Shown here: positions 18,249 to 26,869 of the stretch, piece by piece | Layout of the letters: each line of letters begins with the position of its first letter | Numbering within the stretch: position 1 is the first letter of the stretch | Notes under the pieces: model-generated | What the model was told of the DNA's origin: nothing | The model's input: only the letters and a program-made list of their open reading frames with translations | The model's database searches: none | Program-made: the position numbers and the translations under genes | Sequence record: NC_011042.1 | DNA: 39,252 nucleotides | Reading direction: 5' to 3' (one strand) | Origin: Escherichia phage EcoDS1

Positions 18249-19817
18249 ATGGCTGAACGTGAAGGGTTCGCTGCTGAAGGAGCCAAAGCGGTCTATGACC
18301 GACTGAAGAACGGTAGACAGCCATATGAGACACGCGCTCAGAATTGTGCTGCTGTCACTATCCCGTCACTGTTTCCTAAGGAGTCCGACAACTCGTCTAC
18401 TGAGTACACCACTCCGTGGCAGTCTGTAGGTGCTCGCTGCTTGAACAACTTGGCTGCAAAGCTGATGTTGGCGTTATTCCCTCAGTCACCGTGGATGCGA
18501 CTGACAGTCTCCGAATATGAGGCAAAGACCTTGAGTCAGGACTCAGAGGCTGCTGCTCGTGTTGACGAAGGGCTGGCTATGGTCGAGCGCGTGTTGATGG
18601 CCTACATGGAGACTAACAGTTTCCGTGTCCCATTGTTTGAGGCTCTTAAGCAGCTTATAGTCTCAGGTAACTGTCTGCTCTACATTCCAGAGCCTGAACA
18701 GGGAACCTACAGTCCCATGCGAATGTACCGCTTAGTGTCCTACGTTGTCCAACGTGATGCGTTCGGTAACATCTTGCAGATTGTGACTCTAGACAAGGTA
18801 GCGTTTAGTGCTCTACCGGAAGACGTGAAGTCTCAACTCAACACAGACGACTATGAGCCTGACACCGAGCTTGAAGTGTATACGCACATCTACCGTCAGG
18901 ACGACGAGTATCTGCGCTACGAGGAAGTGGAAGGCATTGAGGTGACAGGGACCGATGGTTCCTACCCGCTGACTGCATGTCCATACATCCCGGTACGAAT
19001 GGTTCGACTGGATGGTGAAGACTACGGTCGTTCTTACTGCGAGGAGTATCTGGGAGACCTCAACTCGCTGGAGACGATTACAGAAGCTATCACCAAAATG
19101 GCTAAGGTAGCCTCCAAGGTGGTTGGCCTCGTTAACCCGAACGGTATCACGCAACCTCGACGTCTGAACAAGGCGGCTACAGGCGAGTTCGTGGCTGGTC
19201 GCGTTGAGGACATCAACTTCCTGCAACTGACGAAAGGTCAGGACTTTACGATTGCTAAGTCGGTTGCTGACGCTATCGAGCAACGTTTAGGCTGGGCCTT
19301 CCTTCTTAATAGTGCTGTTCAGCGTAATGCCGAGCGTGTCACTGCTGAAGAGATTCGTTATGTTGCTGGCGAACTGGAGGCGACCTTAGGTGGCGTGTAC
19401 TCAGTTCAGTCACAAGAGCTTCAGTTACCTATAGTCCGTGTGCTGATGAACCAACTTCAGTCTGCGGGCATGATTCCTGACCTTCCGAAAGAAGCGGTAG
19501 AGCCTACTGTCTCCACAGGTCTGGAAGCTCTGGGCCGTGGTCAGGACTTAGAGAAGCTAACTCAGGCAGTAAACATGATGACCGGGCTACAGCCTCTGCA
19601 ACAGGACCCAGACATTAACTTGCCGACCCTGAAGCTGCGACTGCTGAATGCCTTAGGTATTGACACTGCTGGCTTGCTGCTGACCCAGGACGAGAAGTTG
19701 CAACGTATGGCTGAACAATCCGCTCAAGGAGCTGTGGTCAACGGTGCGTCTGCTGCTGGTGCTAACATGGGCGCTGCTGTAGGTCAGGGAGCTGGTGAGG
19801 ATATGGCTCAAGCCTAA
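18249..19817 (+). CDS. Head-tail connector / portal protein (gp8)
   Basis: 522 aa; size, position and long conserved blocks consistent with T7 gp8. Confidence 0.95.
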   Translation: MAEREGFAAEGAKAVYDRLKNGRQPYETRAQNCAAVTIPSLFPKESDNSSTEYTTPWQSVGARCLNNLAAKLMLALFPQSPWMRLTVSEYEAKTLSQDSEAAARVDEGLAMVERVLMAYMETNSFRVPLFEALKQLIVSGNCLLYIPEPEQGTYSPMRMYRLVSYVVQRDAFGNILQIVTLDKVAFSALPEDVKSQLNTDDYEPDTELEVYTHIYRQDDEYLRYEEVEGIEVTGTDGSYPLTACPYIPVRMVRLDGEDYGRSYCEEYLGDLNSLETITEAITKMAKVASKVVGLVNPNGITQPRRLNKAATGEFVAGRVEDINFLQLTKGQDFTIAKSVADAIEQRLGWAFLLNSAVQRNAERVTAEEIRYVAGELEATLGGVYSVQSQELQLPIVRVLMNQLQSAGMIPDLPKEAVEPTVSTGLEALGRGQDLEKLTQAVNMMTGLQPLQQDPDINLPTLKLRLLNALGIDTAGLLLTQDEKLQRMAEQSAQGAVVNGASAAGANMGAAVGQGAGEDMAQA

Positions 19818-19835
19818 ACTATCACTATAGGAACA
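19813..19835 (+). promoter_or_regulatory. Phage-RNAP promoter (phi9-like)
   Basis: CCTAAACTATCACTATAGGAACA; the gp8 TAA stop is embedded in the promoter. Confidence 0.8.
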
Positions 19836-19932
19836 CCGAAAGTAAGAGCGACTAAGCCGACCATAGGGTAGCCGTTAGTCCCACACTGCAAGTAGGTGTT
19901 TACCTATTAACGACTTAAAGGAGAACGACTCA

Positions 19933-20817
19933 ATGTCTCAATCAGTTTATGCCGAGTTTGGCGTTAGCTCTACTGCAATCACGGGTTCCGTTGAGGACCT
20001 GAACGAACACCAAAAGTCTATGCTTGAACAGGACGTAGCTGTTCGTGATGGCGACGACGCTATTACCTTCAAGCAACTGGAAGCCGAAAACGAAGAGGCG
20101 ACCGAAGAAGACGAGAACGTCGAAGAGACTGAAGGTGAAGAAGACCACGAGTCCGATGACGAAGAGTCTGAGACCGATGGTGAACAACCTGAGTTCGTCG
20201 AGCTGGGTGATGCACCTAAAGAGCTGACAGAAAGTGTAACCGCGCTGGATGAAAACGAAGCTGCATTCGACGACATGGTGTCTTCTGCTGTGGAAGCTGG
20301 CAAGGTCACTGCTGATGAAATTACCGCTATCAAGGCTGAATACGCCAAGGACGGTAAGCTGTCTGACGCATCCTACGCTAAGTTGCAGGAAGCAGGTTAC
20401 ACCAAGCGTTTCGTAGATTCGTTTGTCCGTGGTCAGGAAGCTCTGGCTGAACAGTATGCTGCTGGTGTGGTTCGCTACGCTGGTGGAGCTGAACAGTTTA
20501 ATCGCATCCTGTCCCACCTTGAGTCAACCGACCCGTCAACTCGTGAAGCACTGGAAGCTGCTATCGTTCGTAAGGACATTGCGACTACCAAAGCTCTGCT
20601 GAATCTTGCTGGAAAGACACTTGGTAAAGCTGTAGGCGTTAAACCGCAGCGTACCATCACCACTCAGGCTAAACCTGTGGTAGCACCTAAGGCTCCTAAG
20701 ACCGAAGCATTCAGCTCTAAGGCTGACATGATTAAGGCTATGAGTGACCCGCGATACCTGCGTGATGCTAAGTACACGATGGAAGTTCGCGCTAAGGTAG
20801 CTGCATCAAGCCTGTAG
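19933..20817 (+). CDS. Capsid assembly (scaffolding) protein (gp9)
   Basis: 294 aa, strongly acidic with Glu/Asp runs; position between portal and capsid genes. Confidence 0.9.
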   Translation: MSQSVYAEFGVSSTAITGSVEDLNEHQKSMLEQDVAVRDGDDAITFKQLEAENEEATEEDENVEETEGEEDHESDDEESETDGEQPEFVELGDAPKELTESVTALDENEAAFDDMVSSAVEAGKVTADEITAIKAEYAKDGKLSDASYAKLQEAGYTKRFVDSFVRGQEALAEQYAAGVVRYAGGAEQFNRILSHLESTDPSTREALEAAIVRKDIATTKALLNLAGKTLGKAVGVKPQRTITTQAKPVVAPKAPKTEAFSSKADMIKAMSDPRYLRDAKYTMEVRAKVAASSL

Positions 20818-20818
20818 G

Positions 20819-20841
20819 ACTAAACTATCACTATAGGGAGA
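20819..20841 (+). promoter_or_regulatory. Phage-RNAP promoter (phi10-like), best consensus match
   Basis: CTAAACTATCACTATAGGGAGAC; initiating GGGAGA and a leader with GGTTTCCCT as in the T7 phi10 leader; AGGAGA RBS before the capsid ATG. Confidence 0.85.
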
Positions 20842-20943
20842 CCAAGAGACAGACTCAAGGTTTCCCTATTACTTCAGTCCATACGTATTGGGCGTACAGT
20901 AAGTAATAAACTTTATCTTTCAATTGAATAGGAGAATTATCAT

Positions 20944-21987
20944 ATGGCAAACGTTCCGGGTCAGAAAATTGGTACAGACCAAGGTAAAGGCAAATCTAGT
21001 TCCGACGCTCTGGCGTTGTTCCTGAAGGTCTTTGCTGGTGAAGTACTGACCGCATTCACTCGCCGCTCTGTAACGGCTGACAAGCATATTGTCCGTACCA
21101 TTCAGAACGGTAAGTCTGCTCAGTTCCCGGTCATGGGTCGCACCTCTGGTGTGTATCTGGCTCCCGGTGAGCGACTGTCCGATAAGCGTAAAGGTATCAA
21201 ACATACCGAGAAAGTGATTACCATTGATGGTCTGCTGACTGCCGATGTGATGATTTTCGATATTGAAGACGCGATGAACCACTATGACGTGGCTGGTGAG
21301 TATTCCAACCAGCTAGGTGAAGCTCTGGCTATCGCTGCCGATGGTGCGGTTTTAGCTGAAATGGCTATCCTGTGTAACCTTCCGGTTGCATCCAACGAGA
21401 ACATTGCTGGTCTAGGCACCGCCTCCGTACTGGAAGTTGGTAAGAAAGCAGACCTCGACACTCCGGCTAAACTGGGTGAAGCAATCATCGGTCAATTGAC
21501 CATTGCTCGTGCGAAGCTTACCTCCAACTACGTTCCTGCTGGCGACCGCTATTTCTACACAACGCCTGATAACTACTCTGCAATCCTCGCTGCTCTGATG
21601 CCGAACGCTGCTAACTATGCTGCGCTGATTGACCCAGAGACTGGTAACATCCGTAACGTGATGGGCTTCGTTGTTGTTGAAGTTCCGCATCTGGTACAGG
21701 GTGGAGCTGGTGAGACTCGTGGTGAAGATGGTATCACTATCGCTTCCGGCCAGAAACACGCATTCCCGGCGACTGCTACTGGCGACGTTAAAGTTGCTAT
21801 GGACAACGTTGTGGGCCTGTTCTCTCACCGTTCTGCTGTTGGTACTGTGAAGCTGCGTGACTTGGCGCTGGAACGTGACCGTGACGTCGATGCTCAGGGC
21901 GACCTGATTGTTGGTAAGTACGCTATGGGTCATGGTGGTCTTCGTCCAGAAGCAGCAGGCGCACTGGTTTTCAGCCCAGCGGCGTAA
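20944..21987 (+). CDS. Major capsid protein (gp10A)
   Basis: 347 aa; KHTEKVITIDGLLTADV, EDAMNHYDV, LAALMPNAANYAALIDPE, GLFSHRSAVGTVKLRDLALER, KYAMGHGGLRPEAAGA match T7 gp10A. Confidence 0.97.
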   Translation: MANVPGQKIGTDQGKGKSSSDALALFLKVFAGEVLTAFTRRSVTADKHIVRTIQNGKSAQFPVMGRTSGVYLAPGERLSDKRKGIKHTEKVITIDGLLTADVMIFDIEDAMNHYDVAGEYSNQLGEALAIAADGAVLAEMAILCNLPVASNENIAGLGTASVLEVGKKADLDTPAKLGEAIIGQLTIARAKLTSNYVPAGDRYFYTTPDNYSAILAALMPNAANYAALIDPETGNIRNVMGFVVVEVPHLVQGGAGETRGEDGITIASGQKHAFPATATGDVKVAMDNVVGLFSHRSAVGTVKLRDLALERDRDVDAQGDLIVGKYAMGHGGLRPEAAGALVFSPAA

Positions 21988-22118
21988 GTACCTTTAGCCA
22001 ACCTAACGTCGCTACAGTAGCGGCTGCACCTGAAGAGGAGACTCTAACTCCTCAACAGAAAGCTGCGCGTACTCGTGCTGCGAACAGGGCCGCTAAACTG
22101 GCTGAGTCCAATAACTAA
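20944..22118 (+). CDS. Minor capsid protein gp10B by -1 ribosomal frameshift (predicted)
   Basis: G_GTT_TTC at 21966..21972, five codons before the 10A stop; the -1 frame stays open for about 49 codons to TAA at 22116..22118. T7 makes 10B the same way. Confidence 0.55.
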
Positions 22119-22123
22119 TTGAA

Positions 22124-22161
22124 ACCCCTTGGGTGCCTTCGGGTGCTTGAGGGGTTTTTTG
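22124..22161 (+). terminator. Intrinsic terminator after the capsid gene (Tphi-like)
   Basis: CCCCTTGGGTGCC-TTCG-GGTGCTTGAGGGG hairpin with a UUCG loop followed by TTTTTT; resembles T7 Tphi. Confidence 0.8.
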
Positions 22162-22181
22162 CTTAAAGTGAGAGGAGACTT

Positions 22182-22748
22182 ATGGCTCAATACATTCCAC
22201 TGAATGCTAACGATGACTTAGACGCCATCAACGATATGTTAGCAGCTATCGGTGAACCAGCAGTCCTACAGCTTGACGAGGGGAACGCTGACGTCTCGAA
22301 CGCTCAACGTATCCTACATCGTGTCAATCGTCAGGTCCAAGCTAAAGGCTGGAACTTTAACATCAACGAAGCTGCTGTCCTGACACCTGATATCCAAGAC
22401 AATAGGATTCGATTCTTGCCATCATACCTTCGTGTAATGACTGCTGGGGCCACCAGCTACTACAGCAACATGGGTGGATACCTGTACGACCTGTCCACTC
22501 AGTCAACCACTTTCACCGACCCTATCACGGTAGAGCTTGTGGAGATGAAGCCATTCTCCGAGATGCCTGTGGTCTTCAGGGACTACATCGTCACTAAAGC
22601 TAGCCGTGAGTTCAACGCTAAGTTCTTCGGTAGCCCAGAGTCTGAACTGTACCTTCGTGAGCAGGAAGCAGAACTCTATCAGCAGGTCATGGAATACGAG
22701 ATGGATACTGGTCGCTACAACATGATGTCCGACATCGGGAGGGACTAA
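22182..22748 (+). CDS. Tail tubular protein A (gp11)
   Basis: 188 aa; IGEP, GWNFNI, YIVTKASREFN, FFGSPE, MEYEMD match T7 gp11. Confidence 0.92.
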   Translation: MAQYIPLNANDDLDAINDMLAAIGEPAVLQLDEGNADVSNAQRILHRVNRQVQAKGWNFNINEAAVLTPDIQDNRIRFLPSYLRVMTAGATSYYSNMGGYLYDLSTQSTTFTDPITVELVEMKPFSEMPVVFRDYIVTKASREFNAKFFGSPESELYLREQEAELYQQVMEYEMDTGRYNMMSDIGRD

Positions 22749-22975
22749 TGGCTAGTCACAACCTGAAGATTCACCGCCAGCACTTTGGTCCTGTACAACT
22801 AGGTCTAAAGACAGCAGAGCTGAGACTTAACGACCGGGACTTTAAGGTTGGCGACTGGCTTATCCTGAACGAGTGGGACAACGGATATACTGGACAACAG
22901 GTAGCACGTAAGGTTGTCCACATTGCTGACGTTGGTGACATCGCTGAGGGATACGTCCTAATGAGTATGATTTAA
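22748..22975 (+). CDS. DUF3850 / ASCH-like small protein (75 aa)
   Basis: H.LKIH..HFGPV..GLKTAELRLNDRDFKVGDWLILNEWD..YTGQQV fits the DUF3850 pattern as I recall it (ASCH/PUA-like fold); TAATG coupling to gp11; T7 has no gene here. Confidence 0.65.
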   Translation: MASHNLKIHRQHFGPVQLGLKTAELRLNDRDFKVGDWLILNEWDNGYTGQQVARKVVHIADVGDIAEGYVLMSMI

Positions 22976-22984
22976 GGAGGTCCT

Positions 22985-25342
22985 ATGCCACTAATTACTC
23001 AATCAATCAAGAACCTTAAAGGCGGTATTAGCCAGCAGCCAGACATACTGAGGTTCTCAGACCAAGGCGAGGAGCAAGTTAACTGCTGGTCATCGGAGAG
23101 TGATGGCCTCCAGAAGCGTCCACCTACAGTCTTCAAGCGACGTCTTAACATCGACGTTGGGAGCAACCCTAAGTTCCACCTGATTAACCGTGATGAGCAG
23201 GAGCAGTATTACATCGTGTTCAACGGGTCAAACATTCAGGTAGTTGACTTGAGTGGTAATCAATACTCAGTTTCCGGTGAGGTAGACTACGTTAAGTCGT
23301 CCAACCCGCGAGATGACATCCGTGTTGTTACCGTTGCAGATTATACGTTCATCGTGAACCGTAAGGTTGTCGTTAAAGGGGGAAGCGAGAAGTCACACTC
23401 TGGTTACAATCGTAAAGCTCGTGCTTTAATTAACCTGCGTGGTGGACAGTATGGTCGCACCCTTAAGGTAGGAATCAATGGAGGCGTTAAGGTTTCGCAT
23501 AAGTTGCCAGCAGGTAATGATGCCGAGAATGACCCTCCTAAGGTTGATGCTCAGGCTATCGGTGCAGCTCTGAGAGACCTTCTTGTTGCTGCTTACCCTA
23601 CCTTCACGTTCGACCTTGGGTCTGGCTTCCTGTTAATCACTGCCCCTTCAGGGACTGACATTAACTCAGTGGAGACGGAGGATGGCTACGCTAACCAGCT
23701 AATCAGCCCAGTACTCGACACAGTGCAAACAATCTCTAAGTTGCCTCTTGCAGCTCCAAATGGGTACATCATTAAGATTCAAGGTGAGACCAACAGTAGC
23801 GCCGATGAATATTACGTGATGTATGACTCCAACACTAAGACGTGGAAGGAGACAGTAGAGCCGGGAGTGGTCACTGGGTTCGATAACACCACAATGCCAC
23901 ATGCTCTGGTGAGACAATCTGACGGCTCCTTTGAGTTCAAGACTCTGGACTGGTCTAAGCGTGGTTCTGGTAATGATGACACAAACCCTATGCCTAGCTT
24001 CGTGGATGCCACGATTAACGATGTGTTCTTCTACAGGAACAGGCTAGGGTTCTTGTCAGGCGAGAACGTAATCATGAGCCGTTCAGCAAGCTACTTTGCG
24101 TTCTTCCCTAAGAGTGCGGCTACATTGAGTGATGACGATCCTATTGACGTAGCCGTAAGTCACCCTAGAATCTCAATCCTTAAGTATGCCGTTCCGTTTA
24201 GCGAGCAGCTACTACTTTGGTCAGATGAGGTGCAGTTCGTTATGACAAGCTCTGGGGTCCTCACTGCGAAGTCTATCCAGCTTGATGTAGGCTCAGAGTT
24301 TTCCTTAGGCGATAATGCCAGACCGTTCGCTGTAGGACGCTCAGTCTTCTTCTCAGCGCCTCGTGGGTCATTCACCAGCATTAAGCGATACTTCGCTGTA
24401 GCAGATGTGTCTGACGTGAAGGATGCCGATGATACCACTGGCCACGTACTGTCCTATATCCCTAACGGGGTGTTTGACATTCAAGGTACAGGGACTGAGA
24501 ACTACATCTGCGTCAACTCTACAGGTGCATACAACCGAATCTACATCTACAAGTTCTTGTTTAAGGATGGCGTACAGCTTCAAGCCTCTTGGTCGCACTG
24601 GGAGTTCCCTAAAGCTGATAAGATTCTGGCGTCTGCGTCGATTGGCTCTACCATGTTCATTGTTCGTCAGCACCAAGGCGGCGTGGACCTTGAGCACCTT
24701 AAGTTCATCAAGGAGGCAACTGACTTTCCGTTAGAGCCATATAGACTCCACGTTGACTCCAAGGTGTCTATGGTAATACCAATTGGCTCATACAACGCTG
24801 ACACCTATAAGACTACGGTTGACATTGGTTCTGCTTATGGAGGAAACGCTCCGTCTCCCGGTCGGTACTATCTGATCGACAGTCAGGGTGCCTACGTGGA
24901 CCTTGGGGAATTTACCGACATCTCAACTGTGGCTATACTCAATGGCGATTGGTCAGGACGTACAGTGTTCATCGGACGGTCTTATCTGATGTCCTACAAG
25001 TTCTCACGGTTCCTGATTAAGATTGAAGACGAGAGTGGCACTCAGTCTGAAGACACTGGACGCCTACAACTTCGCCGGGCTTGGGTCAACTACAAGGACA
25101 CTGGCGCTCTTAGACTCATTGTCAGAAACGGTGAGCGGGAGTTCGTGAACACCTTTAATGGGTACACCCTTGGTCAGCAAACCATCGGGACTACCAACAT
25201 TGGGGATGGTCAGTATCGCTTCGCTATGAATGGTAACGCATTAACCACGAGCCTAACCTTAGAGTCAGACTATCCTACCCCAGTGTCCATCGTTGGGTGT
25301 GGCTGGGAGGCGTCATACGCTAAGAAAGCTCGTTCCGTCTAA
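22985..25342 (+). CDS. Tail tubular protein B (gp12)
   Basis: 785 aa; SQSIKNLKGGISQQPDILR, VADYTFIVNR, DPIDVAVSHPRISILKYAVPFSEQLLLWSDE, RLQLRRAWVNYKDTG, IVGCGWE match T7 gp12. Confidence 0.96.
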   Translation: MPLITQSIKNLKGGISQQPDILRFSDQGEEQVNCWSSESDGLQKRPPTVFKRRLNIDVGSNPKFHLINRDEQEQYYIVFNGSNIQVVDLSGNQYSVSGEVDYVKSSNPRDDIRVVTVADYTFIVNRKVVVKGGSEKSHSGYNRKARALINLRGGQYGRTLKVGINGGVKVSHKLPAGNDAENDPPKVDAQAIGAALRDLLVAAYPTFTFDLGSGFLLITAPSGTDINSVETEDGYANQLISPVLDTVQTISKLPLAAPNGYIIKIQGETNSSADEYYVMYDSNTKTWKETVEPGVVTGFDNTTMPHALVRQSDGSFEFKTLDWSKRGSGNDDTNPMPSFVDATINDVFFYRNRLGFLSGENVIMSRSASYFAFFPKSAATLSDDDPIDVAVSHPRISILKYAVPFSEQLLLWSDEVQFVMTSSGVLTAKSIQLDVGSEFSLGDNARPFAVGRSVFFSAPRGSFTSIKRYFAVADVSDVKDADDTTGHVLSYIPNGVFDIQGTGTENYICVNSTGAYNRIYIYKFLFKDGVQLQASWSHWEFPKADKILASASIGSTMFIVRQHQGGVDLEHLKFIKEATDFPLEPYRLHVDSKVSMVIPIGSYNADTYKTTVDIGSAYGGNAPSPGRYYLIDSQGAYVDLGEFTDISTVAILNGDWSGRTVFIGRSYLMSYKFSRFLIKIEDESGTQSEDTGRLQLRRAWVNYKDTGALRLIVRNGEREFVNTFNGYTLGQQTIGTTNIGDGQYRFAMNGNALTTSLTLESDYPTPVSIVGCGWEASYAKKARSV

Positions 25343-25349
25343 CTTATTG

Positions 25350-25399
25350 AAGGGCCTATAGATTTACCTTAACTATCACTATAGGGACTATAGGCCCTT
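25350..25399. repeat. 12-bp perfect inverted repeat enclosing the phi13-like promoter
   Basis: AAGGGCCTATAG (25350..25361) and CTATAGGCCCTT (25388..25399) are exact reverse complements. Confidence 0.6.
25367..25389 (+). promoter_or_regulatory. Phage-RNAP promoter (phi13-like)
   Basis: CCTTAACTATCACTATAGGGACT; +1 G at 25384. Confidence 0.8.
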
Positions 25400-25418
25400 A
25401 AGGTTATAAGGAGACTTT

Positions 25419-25874
25419 ATGTATATTCGCAAGGCTACAGATGTAGACGTTTGGTACGCTGCTGCACAACTTACAGATGACGACTTAGAGGAGTGTAAAG
25501 CCAACTACGGGACCACTGAAGGTCTCACTGAAAGGCTGCAAGCACACCTAACGTCTTCATCTGTGGTTTTGACTAACGCTACTGGGGATATTTACGCCTA
25601 TGGCGGCAACCAAGGTGACAACGTTTGGTTCCTGACAACCAGAATTACCGAGCGTCTCCCACCTAAAGGTAAGCGAGAGTTCCGTGAGAGAATCATGGAG
25701 TATCGTGACCAGATGCTGGAGGACTATCCGGTACTATGGAACTACGTCTGGGAAGGCAATGCGTCCCACATCCGGTTTCTCAAGTCAATAGGCGCTAAGT
25801 TCCACGACGATAAGTGGACCAGAAGTCCAGTGACTGGAGAAGTATTCATTCTATTCACAATCACCAAGGAGTAA
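25419..25874 (+). CDS. Internal virion protein A (gp13)
   Basis: 151 aa; positional; N-terminal MYI as in T7 gp13. Confidence 0.7.
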   Translation: MYIRKATDVDVWYAAAQLTDDDLEECKANYGTTEGLTERLQAHLTSSSVVLTNATGDIYAYGGNQGDNVWFLTTRITERLPPKGKREFRERIMEYRDQMLEDYPVLWNYVWEGNASHIRFLKSIGAKFHDDKWTRSPVTGEVFILFTITKE

Positions 25875-25876
25875 AG

Positions 25877-26278
25877 ATGACCAAGGTTTGTTTAACTTGT
25901 GGTCTGGAGAAACCAATCACTGAGTTTCACAAACAGGCCACCAAGAAAGACCCGAACAGGCGCAAGCCTCATTGCAGAAGCTGTTGGTCCAAGATACGGA
26001 AGGATAGAACCCCAGAGCACAACAGGAGGTATAACCTGAAGAAAGGATACGGAATAACACCTGAGGAGTATGATAAAATGCTTCGTGAGCAAGGTGGGAC
26101 ATGTGCTATTTGTCATGGTACAGAGTCTGTAGGAAGACTAGCGGTAGACCATTGCCATTCAACTGGAAAGGTTAGAGGGCTGCTATGTACCAACTGCAAT
26201 CAAGCTATAGGCAAGCTGAAGGATGACGTCCAGTTGCTTAGAAACGCTATCAACTATCTGGAGGTGAACCATGTGTGA
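25877..26278 (+). CDS. Endonuclease VII-type HNH nuclease (133 aa)
   Basis: CAICHG..(x)..AVDHCHSTGKVRGLLCTNCNQAIG is the endonuclease VII / HNH zinc-finger motif; a second CxxC pair lies at the N-terminus; absent from T7 at this position; the ORF-track start at 25814 is an upstream in-frame extension. Confidence 0.8.
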   Translation: MTKVCLTCGLEKPITEFHKQATKKDPNRRKPHCRSCWSKIRKDRTPEHNRRYNLKKGYGITPEEYDKMLREQGGTCAICHGTESVGRLAVDHCHSTGKVRGLLCTNCNQAIGKLKDDVQLLRNAINYLEVNHV

Positions 26279-26858
26279 ACCAGTATCCATCGGTTTAGGA
26301 ATCATGGCTGTAGCAGGGGCCACTATGTCAGCATCCCAACAGGCCAAAGCTGAGGGTGCTGCTATCGATGCTCAGAACCGGCAGGCTCAGGAGATGGTTA
26401 AGCAGATGAACTACTCTGACGCCAACCTGAAGATGCAGGAGCGAGACCTGAAGGAGCAGCAGATGGCCGAACTGACAGAGACCACGTTAAACGGTATCCG
26501 CAATCAGGGTATGGTCCGAGCTGCGGTAGCTGAGTCCGGTCTGGAAGGTAACTCTATGGACAGGATTGAACGTCAGGTCAAAGGAGATACAGTCAAGGAG
26601 AGAGCAGGGATTACCGAAAGTTACAACCGCGACTATGCGGCTATCTTCGGGAACCGTATCGCCAACATTGAGAACACCAAGTCTGCTATCCGTGGTCAAG
26701 GTAAAATCATCAAGACCAGCCCACTGGCTCATGCACTTAATGTTACTAACGCCGGGATGCAAGGGTACGCTGCTGGTAAGTCAATCTCTGGGGCATCAAG
26801 CTCTGATGGGGCTGCACCAATTAGTGCGGCTAAAGGCACACCTACAGGTCATAGCTAA
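26271..26858 (+). CDS. Internal virion protein B (gp14)
   Basis: 195 aa; MC N-terminus, ESGLEGNSMDRI, NRDYAAIF, AAKGT.TG match T7 gp14. Confidence 0.9.
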   Translation: MCEPVSIGLGIMAVAGATMSASQQAKAEGAAIDAQNRQAQEMVKQMNYSDANLKMQERDLKEQQMAELTETTLNGIRNQGMVRAAVAESGLEGNSMDRIERQVKGDTVKERAGITESYNRDYAAIFGNRIANIENTKSAIRGQGKIIKTSPLAHALNVTNAGMQGYAAGKSISGASSSDGAAPISAAKGTPTGHS

Positions 26859-26869
26859 GAGGAGGACTA

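Noticed and set aside
19942-20517. 191-aa and 133-aa minus-strand ORFs opposite the scaffolding gene
   Set aside because: They lie antisense to a well-supported + strand gene and translate to low-complexity Ser/Leu-rich sequence; T7-like genomes are transcribed entirely rightward.
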